Assembly: GCA_964248405.1 (NCBI GenBank)
Contig: CAXTYH010000005.1
Coordinates: forward strand, 41,631 to 105,630
Reading direction: 5' to 3'
Origin: an uncultured Bryobacteraceae bacterium
GTDB lineage: Bacteria; Acidobacteriota; Terriglobia; Bryobacterales; Bryobacteraceae
Length of the DNA stretch: 64,000 nucleotides
Made by a program: the position numbers and the translations under genes. The notes under the pieces are model-generated. The model was not told where the DNA came from. It did not search any database and saw only the letters and a list, made by a program, of their open reading frames with translations. Of the stretch, positions 22,983 to 32,544 are shown piece by piece (within the stretch, counting starts at the first letter, position 1; each line of letters begins with the position of its first letter).

Positions 22983-23080
22983 AGGCCTTTGATGAATGGT
23001 GAAAGATCTTAGTGGAATGCGCTAAGATTGCTGTAGCTTAATGCGCTAACCCCGCATCAGAATGCTAGAGAGTTTTAACT

Positions 23081-25723
23081 ATGGATTTCAATCGACTTAC
23101 CGAGAAGTCGCAGGACGCTATCCGCCAGGCTCAATCCCTAGCCTCGGCCAACGGCAACCAGCAGGTCGATGTCGAGCATTTGTTGCTGGCGATGTTAGAG
23201 CAGGAGGGCGGCTTGGCCCCTTCCATATTGTTGCGGGCAAACGTGCCGCTGGAGACGCTGCACAAACGGTTAGAGCAGGAAATTGAGAAGCTTCCGAAGG
23301 TGAGCGGCGTGAGTGCCCGGCCCGATCAGCTCTACGTTACTGCCCGGCTGAATAAGTTGTTTGCAACGGCTGAAGAGCAGGCCAAGCGCCTGAAGGATGA
23401 TTATGTTTCAGTAGAGCACCTGCTGCTGGGGGCTGCGGAGGACACCGGCTTCTCAGGTAAGCTGCTGAAAGAGTTCGGCTTATCACGCGACCAGCTCATG
23501 AAAGCACTGGTGGAGGTACGCGGCAATCAGCGTGTGACGTCGCAAAACCCAGAGACTACTTACGAGGCATTGGAAAAGTATGGCCGCGACCTGACCGAAG
23601 CAGCCGCACAAGGCAAAGTGGACCCGGTAATTGGCCGTGACGAAGAGATTCGGCGCGTGATTCAGGTGCTGAGTCGACGCACCAAGAACAATCCGGTACT
23701 GATCGGCGAGCCCGGCGTGGGCAAAACCGCGATTGCGGAGGGTCTGGCTCAGCGCATTGTCCGGGGTGACGTACCGGAAGGCCTAAAGGAGAAGAAAGTC
23801 GTCTCGCTCGACATGGGCGCACTGATTGCCGGCGCCAAGTTCCGGGGCGAGTTCGAAGAGCGCCTGAAGGCGGTTCTGAAAGAGGTACAGTCCTCGGAGG
23901 GCCGCATCATCCTCTTTATTGACGAGCTACATACGGTCGTCGGGGCAGGCAAAGCGGAAGGCGCTATGGATGCCGGTAACCTTCTGAAACCGATGCTGGC
24001 GCGGGGCGAGCTGCACTGCATTGGCGCGACTACGCTGGACGAATATCGCAAGTACATCGAAAAAGACGCGGCGCTGGAGCGGCGTTTTCAAACCGTGTTG
24101 GTGGACCAGCCCAGTGTCGAGGACACCATCTCGATTCTGCGTGGTCTCCGTGAGCGTTACGAACTGCATCACGGCGTGCGCATTAAAGACACGGCTCTGG
24201 TGGCGGCCGCCGTGCTGTCGAGCCGCTATATAACCGACCGCTTTCTGCCGGACAAAGCCATCGATCTGGTGGATGAGTCTGCCGCCAAGTTGCGCACCGA
24301 AATTGACTCGATGCCGACCGAGCTGGATGAACTCCTGCGCCGTTCCATGCAGCTGGAGATCGAGCGCGAAGCTCTGAAGAAAGAGACCGACAGTCTGTCT
24401 AAGGATCGGCTGACGCGTCTGGAAAAAGAGCTGGCAGAGCTGAAGACGCAGTCAGCTGCGTTGCAAGCGCAGTGGCAGGCCGAGAAAGATGCCGTACAAG
24501 CGGTTCGAACACTGCGCGAACAGATCGACAACACCAAGATTGAGATCGCCCAAGCCGAGCGCGCCTACGACCTGAATAAAGCGGCCGAGCTGAAGTATGG
24601 CCGGTTGAGCGAACTCGAACGGCGATTTATGTCCGAACAGGAGCGAGTGTCCGGCAAGGCAGGCACCACTCGACTGCTCAAGGAAGAGGTAGACGAAGAG
24701 GATATCGCGGAGGTTGTCAGCCGTTGGACCGGCGTACCGGTTTCGAAACTTCTGGAAGGCGAGATGAAGAAACTGCTTGCGCTGGAGGACGAGCTGCACA
24801 AGCGTGTCATTGGGCAGGACGAGGCTGTGATGGCAGTAGCCGAAGCGGTGCTGCGAGCGCGGTCAGGATTGAAGGATCCGAACCGACCTATTGGAAGCTT
24901 CTTGTTCCTGGGACCAACCGGCGTGGGCAAGACCGAGCTGGCGCGGGCGCTGGCCGAGTTTCTGTTCGACGACGAGAGGGCCATGATCCGCATCGACATG
25001 TCCGAGTATCAGGAGAAGCACTCGGTTTCACGGCTGATCGGTGCGCCTCCTGGCTATGTTGGCTACGATGAAGGCGGGCAACTAACTGAGGCGGTTCGGC
25101 GTCGTCCGTACTCGGTGGTGCTCTTTGACGAGATCGAAAAGGCGCATCAGGATGTCTTTAATACGCTCTTGCAGCTGCTGGACGACGGCCGATTGACGGA
25201 TGGGCAGGGGCGGACGGTAGATTTCAAAAACGTTATTGTCATTTTGACGTCCAATATTGGGAGTCACCGGATTCTGGAGTACCGGGGCACGTTTGCGGGC
25301 GAACAGTATCGCGAGATGAAGGACGCGGTGCTGGAAGAGTTGAAAACCGGGTTCCGGCCTGAGTTTCTGAACCGGCTGGATGACATCATTGTTTTCCATG
25401 CCCTAGGTGAGGAACATCTGGCCAAGATTGTGGAAATCCAGTTAATCGGGTTGCGGGGGCGGCTGGCAGAACGGCATATTGAGCTAGAGCTGTCGGACTC
25501 CGCTCTGCGGCGGCTGGTTCGAAACAGTTATGACCCGCACTACGGGGCGCGTCCGCTGAAGCGGGCCATCCAGCGCGAGATTGAGACGCCACTGGCCAAG
25601 CGGCTGATCGGCGGCGAGATTCGAGACGGGCAGCTTGTCCGTGTCGATGCAGAGGGGCAAGAAGGCGGGCTCACTTTTCAGGTGTCGGCCCGGCAACCTG
25701 AGGCAACAGCAACTTCGGCGTAA
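23081..25723 (+). CDS. clpB: ATP-dependent disaggregase ClpB
   Basis: 880 aa. Clp_N repeats and two AAA+ modules ([15 protein letters not shown]; [15 protein letters not shown]), separated by the long coiled-coil M-domain characteristic of ClpB. Confidence 0.97.
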   Translation: MDFNRLTEKSQDAIRQAQSLASANGNQQVDVEHLLLAMLEQEGGLAPSILLRANVPLETLHKRLEQEIEKLPKVSGVSARPDQLYVTARLNKLFATAEEQAKRLKDDYVSVEHLLLGAAEDTGFSGKLLKEFGLSRDQLMKALVEVRGNQRVTSQNPETTYEALEKYGRDLTEAAAQGKVDPVIGRDEEIRRVIQVLSRRTKNNPVLIGEPGVGKTAIAEGLAQRIVRGDVPEGLKEKKVVSLDMGALIAGAKFRGEFEERLKAVLKEVQSSEGRIILFIDELHTVVGAGKAEGAMDAGNLLKPMLARGELHCIGATTLDEYRKYIEKDAALERRFQTVLVDQPSVEDTISILRGLRERYELHHGVRIKDTALVAAAVLSSRYITDRFLPDKAIDLVDESAAKLRTEIDSMPTELDELLRRSMQLEIEREALKKETDSLSKDRLTRLEKELAELKTQSAALQAQWQAEKDAVQAVRTLREQIDNTKIEIAQAERAYDLNKAAELKYGRLSELERRFMSEQERVSGKAGTTRLLKEEVDEEDIAEVVSRWTGVPVSKLLEGEMKKLLALEDELHKRVIGQDEAVMAVAEAVLRARSGLKDPNRPIGSFLFLGPTGVGKTELARALAEFLFDDERAMIRIDMSEYQEKHSVSRLIGAPPGYVGYDEGGQLTEAVRRRPYSVVLFDEIEKAHQDVFNTLLQLLDDGRLTDGQGRTVDFKNVIVILTSNIGSHRILEYRGTFAGEQYREMKDAVLEELKTGFRPEFLNRLDDIIVFHALGEEHLAKIVEIQLIGLRGRLAERHIELELSDSALRRLVRNSYDPHYGARPLKRAIQREIETPLAKRLIGGEIRDGQLVRVDAEGQEGGLTFQVSARQPEATATSA

Positions 25724-25816
25724 GCGGAATTGCTGTAAATCGAAAGTCAGTAGTAAACGTCAAATAAGAGTGAGAAGGGTGGCCAGACAAGCGCTGGCCG
25801 CTGGAGGAAAGGAAAT

Positions 25817-27379
25817 TTGAAGGACATGGCAAACGTGGTCCAATTTCGCCGTTCAACAGCAGTTTTGACGCTGGTGGCGGCTTCTATCGGCGGTGGATTA
25901 ATAGCAGCTTTGACTGTTGCCACCCACAACAATGCGCCTGTGGCGGTGACGGCCCGGGCCGACAGCAGCGCCAGCACGCAGCGGTTAAGCAGCTTGTCGA
26001 ACTCGTTCGCCGACATGATCGAGAAAGCCTCGCCGGCGGTGGTGAAAATCAGCTCCACGCGCGTCATCAAGGCCTCTGAGCAGCAAGGGGGCGGAAACAA
26101 CCCCATGATGCAGGATCCGTTTTTCCAGCGCTTCTTCGGTGGCCAGGGCGGAGCGCAGCCGCGTGACCAGCGTGAGCGTGGCCTCGGTTCCGGCGTCATC
26201 ATCTCCAACGACGGCTACATTCTGACCAACAATCACGTGATCGATAAAGCGACCCTACTAAAGGTTGAATTGTCAGATGGTCGGGTTTTTACGGCTAAGC
26301 TTATTGGTGCTGATCCGCAAACCGACGTAGCAGTAGTGAAGATTCCGGCGTCGGGTCTGCCAACTCTCAGCTACGCCAACTCTGATGCGGCACGGGTGGG
26401 TGATCTCTGCTTTGCAATCGGCAACCCCTTCGGTCAGGACCATACGGTCACGATGGGTATTGTGAGCGCCAAGGGCAGAACGCTGGAGCGTGGAACCTAC
26501 TTGCAGAACTTCATCCAGACGGATGCGGCGATCAACCCCGGCAACTCTGGCGGTGCCTTAATTAACGCCAGTGGTGAGCTGATTGGCATGAATACGGCGA
26601 TCATTGCTGGTGGCGGCAGTTCGGCTTTCGGCGGCGAAGCGGGCAATGTCGGAATCGGATTTGCTGTGCCTTCGAACATGGCCAAGCAGGTTTCCGATCA
26701 ACTGCTGCACGGCGGAAAGATTTCACGCGGCTACATGGGCGTGACGCTCGGCAACGTAACGGAAGACAAGGCGCCTTTCTTCGGGTTGAAAGACACGAAG
26801 GGTACCATTGTCGGCGACATCACTCCGAATGGCCCAGGCGCCAAGGCGGGGCTGCAGTCGGGTGACGTGATCACTGCGATTGATGGCAAAAAGGTTGACG
26901 GACCAGACGATTTGACGATGGACGTTATTTCAAAGGCGCCGGGTACGACGGTCACGCTTGATGTGATGCGTAACAGCCAGCCAACGAAAGTGAAGGTAAC
27001 GCTCGGTCAGCGACCAGGGGCGGTTGACTTCGATAAGCCCAAGAATGGCGACAATGACGGAACCAAAGACGGCGACGACAATGGTCCGACGGCGGGTGCC
27101 TCGGCACGCGGCATCACCGTCGAGCCTCTAACGCCTGAGATTGCTCAACAGGTGAAAGCATCAGCTAATACGCATGGTGTTGTTGTCACCGATGTTGATC
27201 AGAGTGGTCCTGCTGCTGACGCGGCGGCGAAGGGTATGGTGATCACAGCCGTAGATCGCAAGCCGGTCAATACGCCTGCTGACTTTAAGCGCCTGATGGC
27301 ACAAGCGGAAGGTAAGCCGGTACTGCTGACGGTTCTCGCGGGAGGTATGACCAACTTCACAGTTGTTCAGCCCAAGTAG
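25817..27379 (+). CDS. htrA: periplasmic serine endoprotease DegP/HtrA (Do family), two PDZ domains
   Basis: 520 aa. Trypsin-like triad context (TNNHV ... GNSGGALIN) and two PDZ regions. TTG 25817 or ATG 25826 as start. Confidence 0.93.
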   Translation: MKDMANVVQFRRSTAVLTLVAASIGGGLIAALTVATHNNAPVAVTARADSSASTQRLSSLSNSFADMIEKASPAVVKISSTRVIKASEQQGGGNNPMMQDPFFQRFFGGQGGAQPRDQRERGLGSGVIISNDGYILTNNHVIDKATLLKVELSDGRVFTAKLIGADPQTDVAVVKIPASGLPTLSYANSDAARVGDLCFAIGNPFGQDHTVTMGIVSAKGRTLERGTYLQNFIQTDAAINPGNSGGALINASGELIGMNTAIIAGGGSSAFGGEAGNVGIGFAVPSNMAKQVSDQLLHGGKISRGYMGVTLGNVTEDKAPFFGLKDTKGTIVGDITPNGPGAKAGLQSGDVITAIDGKKVDGPDDLTMDVISKAPGTTVTLDVMRNSQPTKVKVTLGQRPGAVDFDKPKNGDNDGTKDGDDNGPTAGASARGITVEPLTPEIAQQVKASANTHGVVVTDVDQSGPAADAAAKGMVITAVDRKPVNTPADFKRLMAQAEGKPVLLTVLAGGMTNFTVVQPK

Positions 27380-27432
27380 TTCAGTAAGCTAGCAAGTCGC
27401 CCGGGATTGGCTGATCGGCCTTCCCGGGCTTT
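27345..27432 (+). repeat. direct repeat copy 1 (last 35 nt of htrA + terminator stem)
   Basis: gtatgaccaacttcacagttgttcagcccaagtagttcagtaagctagcaagtcgcccgggattggctgatcggccttcccgggcttt recurs at 27662-27748 with 2 substitutions and 1 single-nt indel. Confidence 0.95.
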
Positions 27433-27435
27433 TTC
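27399..27435 (+). terminator. Rho-independent terminator of htrA
   Basis: gcccggga (27399-27406) pairs with tcccgggc (27422-27429) and is followed by ttttt (27430-27434). Confidence 0.7.
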
Positions 27436-27472
27436 GTTTGGGGCCGAGCGCTATCCGAAAGGCTTTCGCATA

Positions 27473-27515
27473 GGGCGGTTTAGGCGGTTTAGGGCAGTTT
27501 ATAGGGGTTTAGGGG
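27473..27515 (+). repeat. degenerate short tandem repeat (C/G)GGTTTAGG(G), 4 copies, with a fifth at 27573-27580
   Basis: gggcggtttaggcggtttagggcagtttataggggtttagggg, read directly. Confidence 0.85.
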
Positions 27516-27654
27516 CAGACGGAGTGAATATCTGAGGAGTATAGCCTTGAGTCTAGACCTCAGATATTCGAGGGGTTTAGGGACAGACGGAGTGAATATC
27601 TGAGGAGTATAGCCTTGAGTCTAGACCTCAGATATTCACTCCGTCTGTCCCTAA
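27506..27654 (+). repeat. two tandem 67-bp units; the second is extended to complete a long palindrome
   Basis: ggtttaggg(g/a)cagacggagtgaatatctgaggagtatagccttgagtctagacctcagatattc occurs at 27506-27572 and 27573-27637, with one mismatch. Confidence 0.95.
27577..27654. repeat. perfect inverted repeat: 29-nt arms, 20-nt loop (78-nt hairpin)
   Basis: ttagggacagacggagtgaatatctgagg (27577-27605) is the exact reverse complement of cctcagatattcactccgtctgtccctaa (27626-27654). Confidence 0.95.
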
Positions 27655-27661
27655 CGTTCCT

Positions 27662-27748
27662 GTATGACCAACTTCACAGTTGTTCAACCCAAGTAGTTCA
27701 GTAAGGTAGCAGTCGCCCGGGATTGGCTGATCGGCCTTCCCGGGCTTT
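27662..27748 (+). repeat. direct repeat copy 2 (orphan copy of the htrA 3' end + terminator stem, T-tract lost)
   Basis: See copy 1. It retains a 10-codon remnant MTNFTVVQPK-stop and the gcccggga/tcccgggc stem, but is followed by ctttagg rather than a T-run. Confidence 0.95.
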
Positions 27749-27853
27749 AGGAACGCCGAATTCAACGTGCTCCAAGGCGGTAGGATCCTATATGATCCCT
27801 GCCCCCTGTGCGCCCGTACGGAGCTGTTCTGCCCAGTTAAGCTGATGGCTCAT

Positions 27854-29083
27854 CTAGCCAAAGTTCTGGGTCAGCAGCGCCGCTCCGGCAACACCTTTTA
27901 CGCCTTTGCCGGCAAGGATCGACAGCATTTCGTCAGGGAAAGAGGCGCAGTGTTCGAGCGCCCGTGAACAGGTTTGGATCGCCTTAACCAAATGGCCTTC
28001 ACCGAACAGCATTTGATCCTTGCCTGCCAAGCCGATAGCAAGCGCTCTGGTCAGCCCGAAGCAGGAACTGAGTAGAAGATACTCGTCCGCAATAGAGTGC
28101 CGGAAAGGGAACAAGGTGCGGTAGGCGTAGGCCACCAAGTAATGCTCGAAGATGTATTCGTGTTCTTCGACAAACGGAGCGAAGTAGCGGTCATGCGCCT
28201 CGCCGTAACGGATGGCCAGCTCGGGGATGGTTGAGTCACCTTGCATTCCAAGACCGACGGTGAAATCGCCGTAAACATCTCGAAAGCGCGGCGCAGTGTA
28301 GTCCGCTTTCATCCGTGCGACAACCAGTTCCAGCACAACCGCGAGTTGAGAGGCAGCATTAGCCTTCAGCTGGTTCAAATGCTGGTCAAACAATTGGGCA
28401 TCCATCGCCAACCGAAAAAGTTCCAGAGCTTCCGGAATCTGTTGTTGCTGTCCGCTCTCGGTTAAGGCGTGCAGCTTTTCACATAGGAACCCGACCAGCA
28501 GCAAGCGCTTTTCGACTTTGAAGCGCCGATTCTGAAAGACTTGCAAAACACATTCACGCACTGGCCTTGCATATTGGGTCAGATTCAGTTGCCCTTGAGC
28601 TCCCCTCCGATCCCGTGCAATTTGGAGTAGCCGCTCCTCCATAAGGCCATTACCGCTGACTGATTGCAGATCGTCAGGCTCCGGATTCAGTAGCGCGACC
28701 CTCGCTGCTTCTGGGCAGGAGAGATCCAGCGACCGTTCCCAAATACCATCAGCTGCGTTGACAATCCGTGGGTATGTGGCGCAAGTGCGGCTCAGATACT
28801 CTTCGCCCAAATCAGCTTGCACACTGCACAACCCATCGCGGATCAACGAGCAACCGTCTCCCTGCATGGCAAGCCTCGCATAGTCGTTAATCTGGCCGGG
28901 AGACTGAATAGTAACCAACTGCGTGAGCTTCGGTCCTAGTGCTGGATGAGTGAATTGCTGGTATCGCTCGAATGTTTCGCGGTCGACACTGATGCCCCAA
29001 CCGCTGCAGCAGGTATCCTCGCAGGCTGCCCCGATGCAATGGAAATCAGAGTAGTAAGTGGGCTGAAGCCACAGGGTTTCCAA
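27854..29083 (-). CDS. FliB-like Cys-rich lysine-N-methylase family protein
   Basis: 409 aa. The N-terminus FHCIGAACEDTCCSGWGISVDRETFERY and GDGCSLIRDGLCSVQADLGEEYLSRTCATYPR closely parallel, from memory, Salmonella FliB (FSCSGSACRDHCCKGWKITLDK...; GNCPYLDEDRLCRVQKTLGAKALSHTCSSFPR). Confidence 0.7.
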   Translation of the reverse strand: METLWLQPTYYSDFHCIGAACEDTCCSGWGISVDRETFERYQQFTHPALGPKLTQLVTIQSPGQINDYARLAMQGDGCSLIRDGLCSVQADLGEEYLSRTCATYPRIVNAADGIWERSLDLSCPEAARVALLNPEPDDLQSVSGNGLMEERLLQIARDRRGAQGQLNLTQYARPVRECVLQVFQNRRFKVEKRLLLVGFLCEKLHALTESGQQQQIPEALELFRLAMDAQLFDQHLNQLKANAASQLAVVLELVVARMKADYTAPRFRDVYGDFTVGLGMQGDSTIPELAIRYGEAHDRYFAPFVEEHEYIFEHYLVAYAYRTLFPFRHSIADEYLLLSSCFGLTRALAIGLAGKDQMLFGEGHLVKAIQTCSRALEHCASFPDEMLSILAGKGVKGVAGAALLTQNFG

Positions 29084-29126
29084 GGAGTACCGCTTACTCC
29101 TTGGTTCTTGGCCATTTCAATAAATC

Positions 29127-29546
29127 TCAGGTCCGCTCGATAACCACTTCTTCGCTCAGCAAGGAAACCGACTCTTCAAAGGGCGTGGTTACCTGGCTCT
29201 TGCTGATTCGGAGTTCTTCTACCAGGCGTAATTGCTTGGTGACCACTAGAACTTCTTTCACTATCGACACTACAACTTCATCGCCTTCGTTGCGGATCGG
29301 CGGCGCCGCTTGCACCACTTCGTCCTTGGGTACCCGCGTTACCTGCGCCTTCTCCGACAGCAGGTTCGCACGAACAATCTCTTCGGCTTCATGGACGGTC
29401 TTGGTTACACGCAGGGTTCCGGTCTGGCGAACTTCTTTACCGATCGTAACCTCTTCTTTCAGAACCGGTATTACCGTGTTGATCGCAGCTTCGGTGTCCC
29501 TCCGGACGTCTTGTGTCAAGATTTCGGAGTCGTCTCGTTGGTTCAA
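29127..29546 (-). CDS. YsnF/AvaK (DUF2382) domain protein, general-stress-type
   Basis: VIPVLKEEVTIGKEVRQTGTLRVTKTV ... VVVSIVKEVLVVTKQLRLVEELRISK are the duplicated DUF2382 motifs. TTG 29546 (GAGGAA 8 nt upstream) is preferred over the track start 29696, which would overlap the ClC gene. Confidence 0.7.
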   Translation of the reverse strand: MNQRDDSEILTQDVRRDTEAAINTVIPVLKEEVTIGKEVRQTGTLRVTKTVHEAEEIVRANLLSEKAQVTRVPKDEVVQAAPPIRNEGDEVVVSIVKEVLVVTKQLRLVEELRISKSQVTTPFEESVSLLSEEVVIERT

Positions 29547-29634
29547 GTTTAATTTCCTCACAAGGTAGAGCACAACTGGGTACTTGCGGTTTCGCCCGGT
29601 ACAAGGCGTCGCGTACCAGCCGAGCAGCGCCCCG

Positions 29635-31284
29635 CTATGCGCTGCCGTATTGGTGCGGGGCGGTTTCGGTCTCAATGCCGTAAGCCCGGTGAACATCGTC
29701 CAGCGTCAACACACCCAGCACCTGTTCCGGTCGCAGGCGGCTGACCACGCCAAGACACTTCTCTACCGCCAGCAGTCGGAAAGCTGCATCCAGCGGTTCA
29801 TCGGGAAAGAGCATCACCACCGGCGCAAGGGTAGGATGTGATCTCGCCGTCAGTAGCGCGTCCTCTACGCGCAGCGGTTGGAACGTTCGTTTCTCTTCGG
29901 CTGTAGGGAGGTTCACGCCTTCTAACTGCGCCAGCATCTTGAAAAAGGGCACCGGGTGGAGCCGGCGGGAAATCAGGTAGGAAGTGATGTTGGCGATCAT
30001 GACCGGCAGAATGATGACATAACTCGCCGAAGCCTCAAACACCATGAAGATGGACGTAATAGGAGCGCGAAATACGCCGGCGAAGAATGTACCCATGCCG
30101 ACGAGGATGTAAGCCTCTTCCGAAGCCGCTCCGTAGGGAGAGTAGTGATGAGCGAGCCCTCCCAAAGCGCCGCCCATCATCCCTCCAATGAACAACGCAG
30201 GGGCGAACATTCCGCCCGGCGTCTCGGCGCTGAAGCAAATAAGGGTTGCCAGAAGCTTGGCCAGGCCCAGGTAAAGAAGAACATCCCAGGTGAACTGCCC
30301 GTGTAGGGCACTGTTGATCGCCTCGTACCCTGCGCCCATGACCTCCGGGAACCACAGGCCGATCACACCGGTTAAAAAGCCGGCGGCTGCCGGAAGCGTA
30401 TACACTTTCCAGTCCGGCACATGCTCCAGCCGTTTCTTCATCTCTTCTATGGTCCGAATGAAGAGCGCCGATAAAGCGCCGCTGACAATCCCGATGCCGG
30501 CGTAAACCAGCAACTCCGAGGCGCTGGCAATCTGAAAGGTAGGAATGCGGAACAGCGGCTCGTCGCCCAAAAAGGCACGCATGGTGACGACGGCCGAGAC
30601 CGCAGCCAGAACAATTGACCCTACAGCGTTGGCGCTCCAATCGGCCAGCACCTCTTCCATCACGAAGAGAACGCCGCTGATGGGGGTATTGAAGGCGGCA
30701 GCAATGCCGGCAGCTGCGCCCACCGGCGCAATCAACCGCATATTGTTCCGCGGCAGATGAAACAATCGCCCCAGCCACGAGGCTACTCCTGCTCCCATCT
30801 GCAACGAAGGATCTTCGGGTCCCAGCGAGTTGCCGCTTCCGATAGAGATAGCGCAGGCCAAAAACTTTCCAATGATGGTGCTGGAAGAAACGTAACCTTC
30901 TGAACTGTAGATGGCGATCTTGGTTTGGTTGACACCGCTGCCGCGAGCCAGCGGAAACACGACACGAACCACCAGCACGGCAAGCACGGCGCCGAGGGCA
31001 GGACTGAGCAGCCGGCCAAGCCGATACCGCCCGGAGAGTGCGCCCAGAGACCACCAGCTGATGAAGTCAATGGACATGTGAAAGAGCACCACCAGCAGAC
31101 CGGCGAAGACTCCAATCAGCAGGGCCAGCAGCATGAACCGCTGCGTGTCGGATATGCCCAAGTGCCCGAGCCGATTTTGGATGACTCTGCGGGAACGGGA
31201 GAATGTTACATCCCACACCGGGCGTGGCGCGGTGGAGCTACTCATTGGGAATCCGTTCCAGCACCCTCGCGACACTTTCGTCAA
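29635..31284 (-). CDS. ClC-family voltage-gated chloride channel/H+-Cl- antiporter with C-terminal CBS region
   Basis: 549 aa. Selectivity-filter blocks GSGNSLGPEDP and GGMFAPALFIGG. Alternative start ATG 31245. Confidence 0.9.
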   Translation of the reverse strand: MTKVSRGCWNGFPMSSSTAPRPVWDVTFSRSRRVIQNRLGHLGISDTQRFMLLALLIGVFAGLLVVLFHMSIDFISWWSLGALSGRYRLGRLLSPALGAVLAVLVVRVVFPLARGSGVNQTKIAIYSSEGYVSSSTIIGKFLACAISIGSGNSLGPEDPSLQMGAGVASWLGRLFHLPRNNMRLIAPVGAAAGIAAAFNTPISGVLFVMEEVLADWSANAVGSIVLAAVSAVVTMRAFLGDEPLFRIPTFQIASASELLVYAGIGIVSGALSALFIRTIEEMKKRLEHVPDWKVYTLPAAAGFLTGVIGLWFPEVMGAGYEAINSALHGQFTWDVLLYLGLAKLLATLICFSAETPGGMFAPALFIGGMMGGALGGLAHHYSPYGAASEEAYILVGMGTFFAGVFRAPITSIFMVFEASASYVIILPVMIANITSYLISRRLHPVPFFKMLAQLEGVNLPTAEEKRTFQPLRVEDALLTARSHPTLAPVVMLFPDEPLDAAFRLLAVEKCLGVVSRLRPEQVLGVLTLDDVHRAYGIETETAPHQYGSA

Positions 31285-32323
31285 CCATTGGTTTTCCGTT
31301 TCCGCAAAGCGCGCCGCCCGCCGTCCATAGTTGTTGTGCTGTTCTTTCTATTTGCAAAGCAATGTCAGGGTCCCGACCGGATTTGGCATCCAGCAGTGCT
31401 TTGGCATCTGCAACTCGTGAGTCGTTAGCAGCCGCACCGCACGCCGCAACATCATTTAGGACGCGCCGCAGTAGATTTAAGCTTCGTCTGTACCGGTCAG
31501 CCGATGTCAGTCCCGGCAGTTCAGGATCTAAGTCGATAATCGAATTATCCAGAGTTAATGATTCTGCGCTGGCCCGGTCTTTGGCATTCAGCCGGAGCGC
31601 CCGCTCAAACTCATGCCTGGCAGGAACGAAGTCGCCCCCGGTCATCAGCGCTTCGCCCAACCCGCGATGGGCTTCTGCATTCCGTGGCGATAAGCGCGTG
31701 ATGTCCCGGAAGACCTGCGCACCTTCTGCCGTAGCAGAATGCTTCAGTAACTCAAAGCCAATACGCATCCGCAAATTCGCATCGTTGGGTGCGTTGGCAT
31801 ACATTGTCATCAGTTCCGCTATCAGTTCTTCGCGACGCCCGGTCTGACTGAGAAGTTGGATAAGCTCCCATCGGGCCTCCCTACGCTCATAGGCCTGGGC
31901 CGGCGGCCAATACTCGTACACCGCCCGTTCGTAGAACTCGATGGCCTGTGTCGTCTGTCCGCGCTTGACCGCAATACGGCCTCGCATTAGGTTCAGGACG
32001 CCGTTGGTCGGGTCCTCCTGAAGTAGTTGATCGATATGCGACTCTGCCTCGTCCAACCGGCCTTCGTTGATCAGCGCCTGAGCGAACGAGAGACGATACT
32101 CGGTCTTGTCTGGCGAGTAGATCAGTGCCTTTCGAAACTCTTCCACTGCTCCGCCGGCATCGGACGCCCTCTCCATTCGCAGCCCTTTCGAGTAGTGCGA
32201 TTCGCCCAACGAGGTCTTCTCTCTCCGATAGGCTGCGTTGATAAACCCAGTCACCAAGAATGCCAGAACCAACAGCACCGATACGGAGGTGGTTACCCGA
32301 AATGTGTTTTTGTTGAGGAACAA
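31238..32323 (-). CDS. membrane-anchored tetratricopeptide-repeat protein
   Basis: 361 aa. N-terminal TM, then repeated TPR-like A..Y/F..A helical pairs. Confidence 0.8.
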   Translation of the reverse strand: MFLNKNTFRVTTSVSVLLVLAFLVTGFINAAYRREKTSLGESHYSKGLRMERASDAGGAVEEFRKALIYSPDKTEYRLSFAQALINEGRLDEAESHIDQLLQEDPTNGVLNLMRGRIAVKRGQTTQAIEFYERAVYEYWPPAQAYERREARWELIQLLSQTGRREELIAELMTMYANAPNDANLRMRIGFELLKHSATAEGAQVFRDITRLSPRNAEAHRGLGEALMTGGDFVPARHEFERALRLNAKDRASAESLTLDNSIIDLDPELPGLTSADRYRRSLNLLRRVLNDVAACGAAANDSRVADAKALLDAKSGRDPDIALQIERTAQQLWTAGGALCGNGKPMVDESVARVLERIPNE

Positions 32324-32544
32324 GAGCTTGCTTCCAGGATAGGAGACGCAGATGGGGGCTGCCCGTTCCGTGGGGGGCGAGGAATTAAAATGAGCTTAAC
32401 CAACTGAGAGACACGAGTGCCGGCCGTTTGCCAACGGAACTGCCCCTTCACTTCTCTGGCGAAAGACTTAACTGCGGCTATGTCGCTGATGCACGCCACG
32501 GAAAGGGCTCAACCTCAGCCCTAATCCCGTGCTTGTCTGGCGTT

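Noticed and set aside
23008-23026. CIRCE (HrcA) operator upstream of clpB
   Set aside because: TTAGTGGAATGCGCTAA is 17 nt and lacks the TTAGCACTC-N9-GAGTGCTAA arms. Only the outer TTAG/CTAA match.
27473-27515. TTTAGGG-like (plant-telomere-type) repeats
   Set aside because: There are only 4-5 degenerate copies, internal to a chromosome segment between two normal genes. There is no reason to invoke telomere function, so they are reported only as part of the insert.
27506-27654. Possible CRISPR array
   Set aside because: There are only two directly abutting 67-bp units with no spacers. No cas genes are in the window.
29547-29696. Upstream extension of the DUF2382 ORF to ATG 29696
   Set aside because: It would overlap the 3' end of the ClC gene by 62 nt. 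An internal TTG with a GAGGAA Shine-Dalgarno sequence fits better, although the start remains uncertain.
30035-31054. 339-aa same-strand alternative frame within the ClC channel gene
   Set aside because: The ClC frame carries the diagnostic GSGxxxGxE(G/D)P and GxFxP motifs. The alternative frame is Arg/Gly/Cys-rich nonsense.
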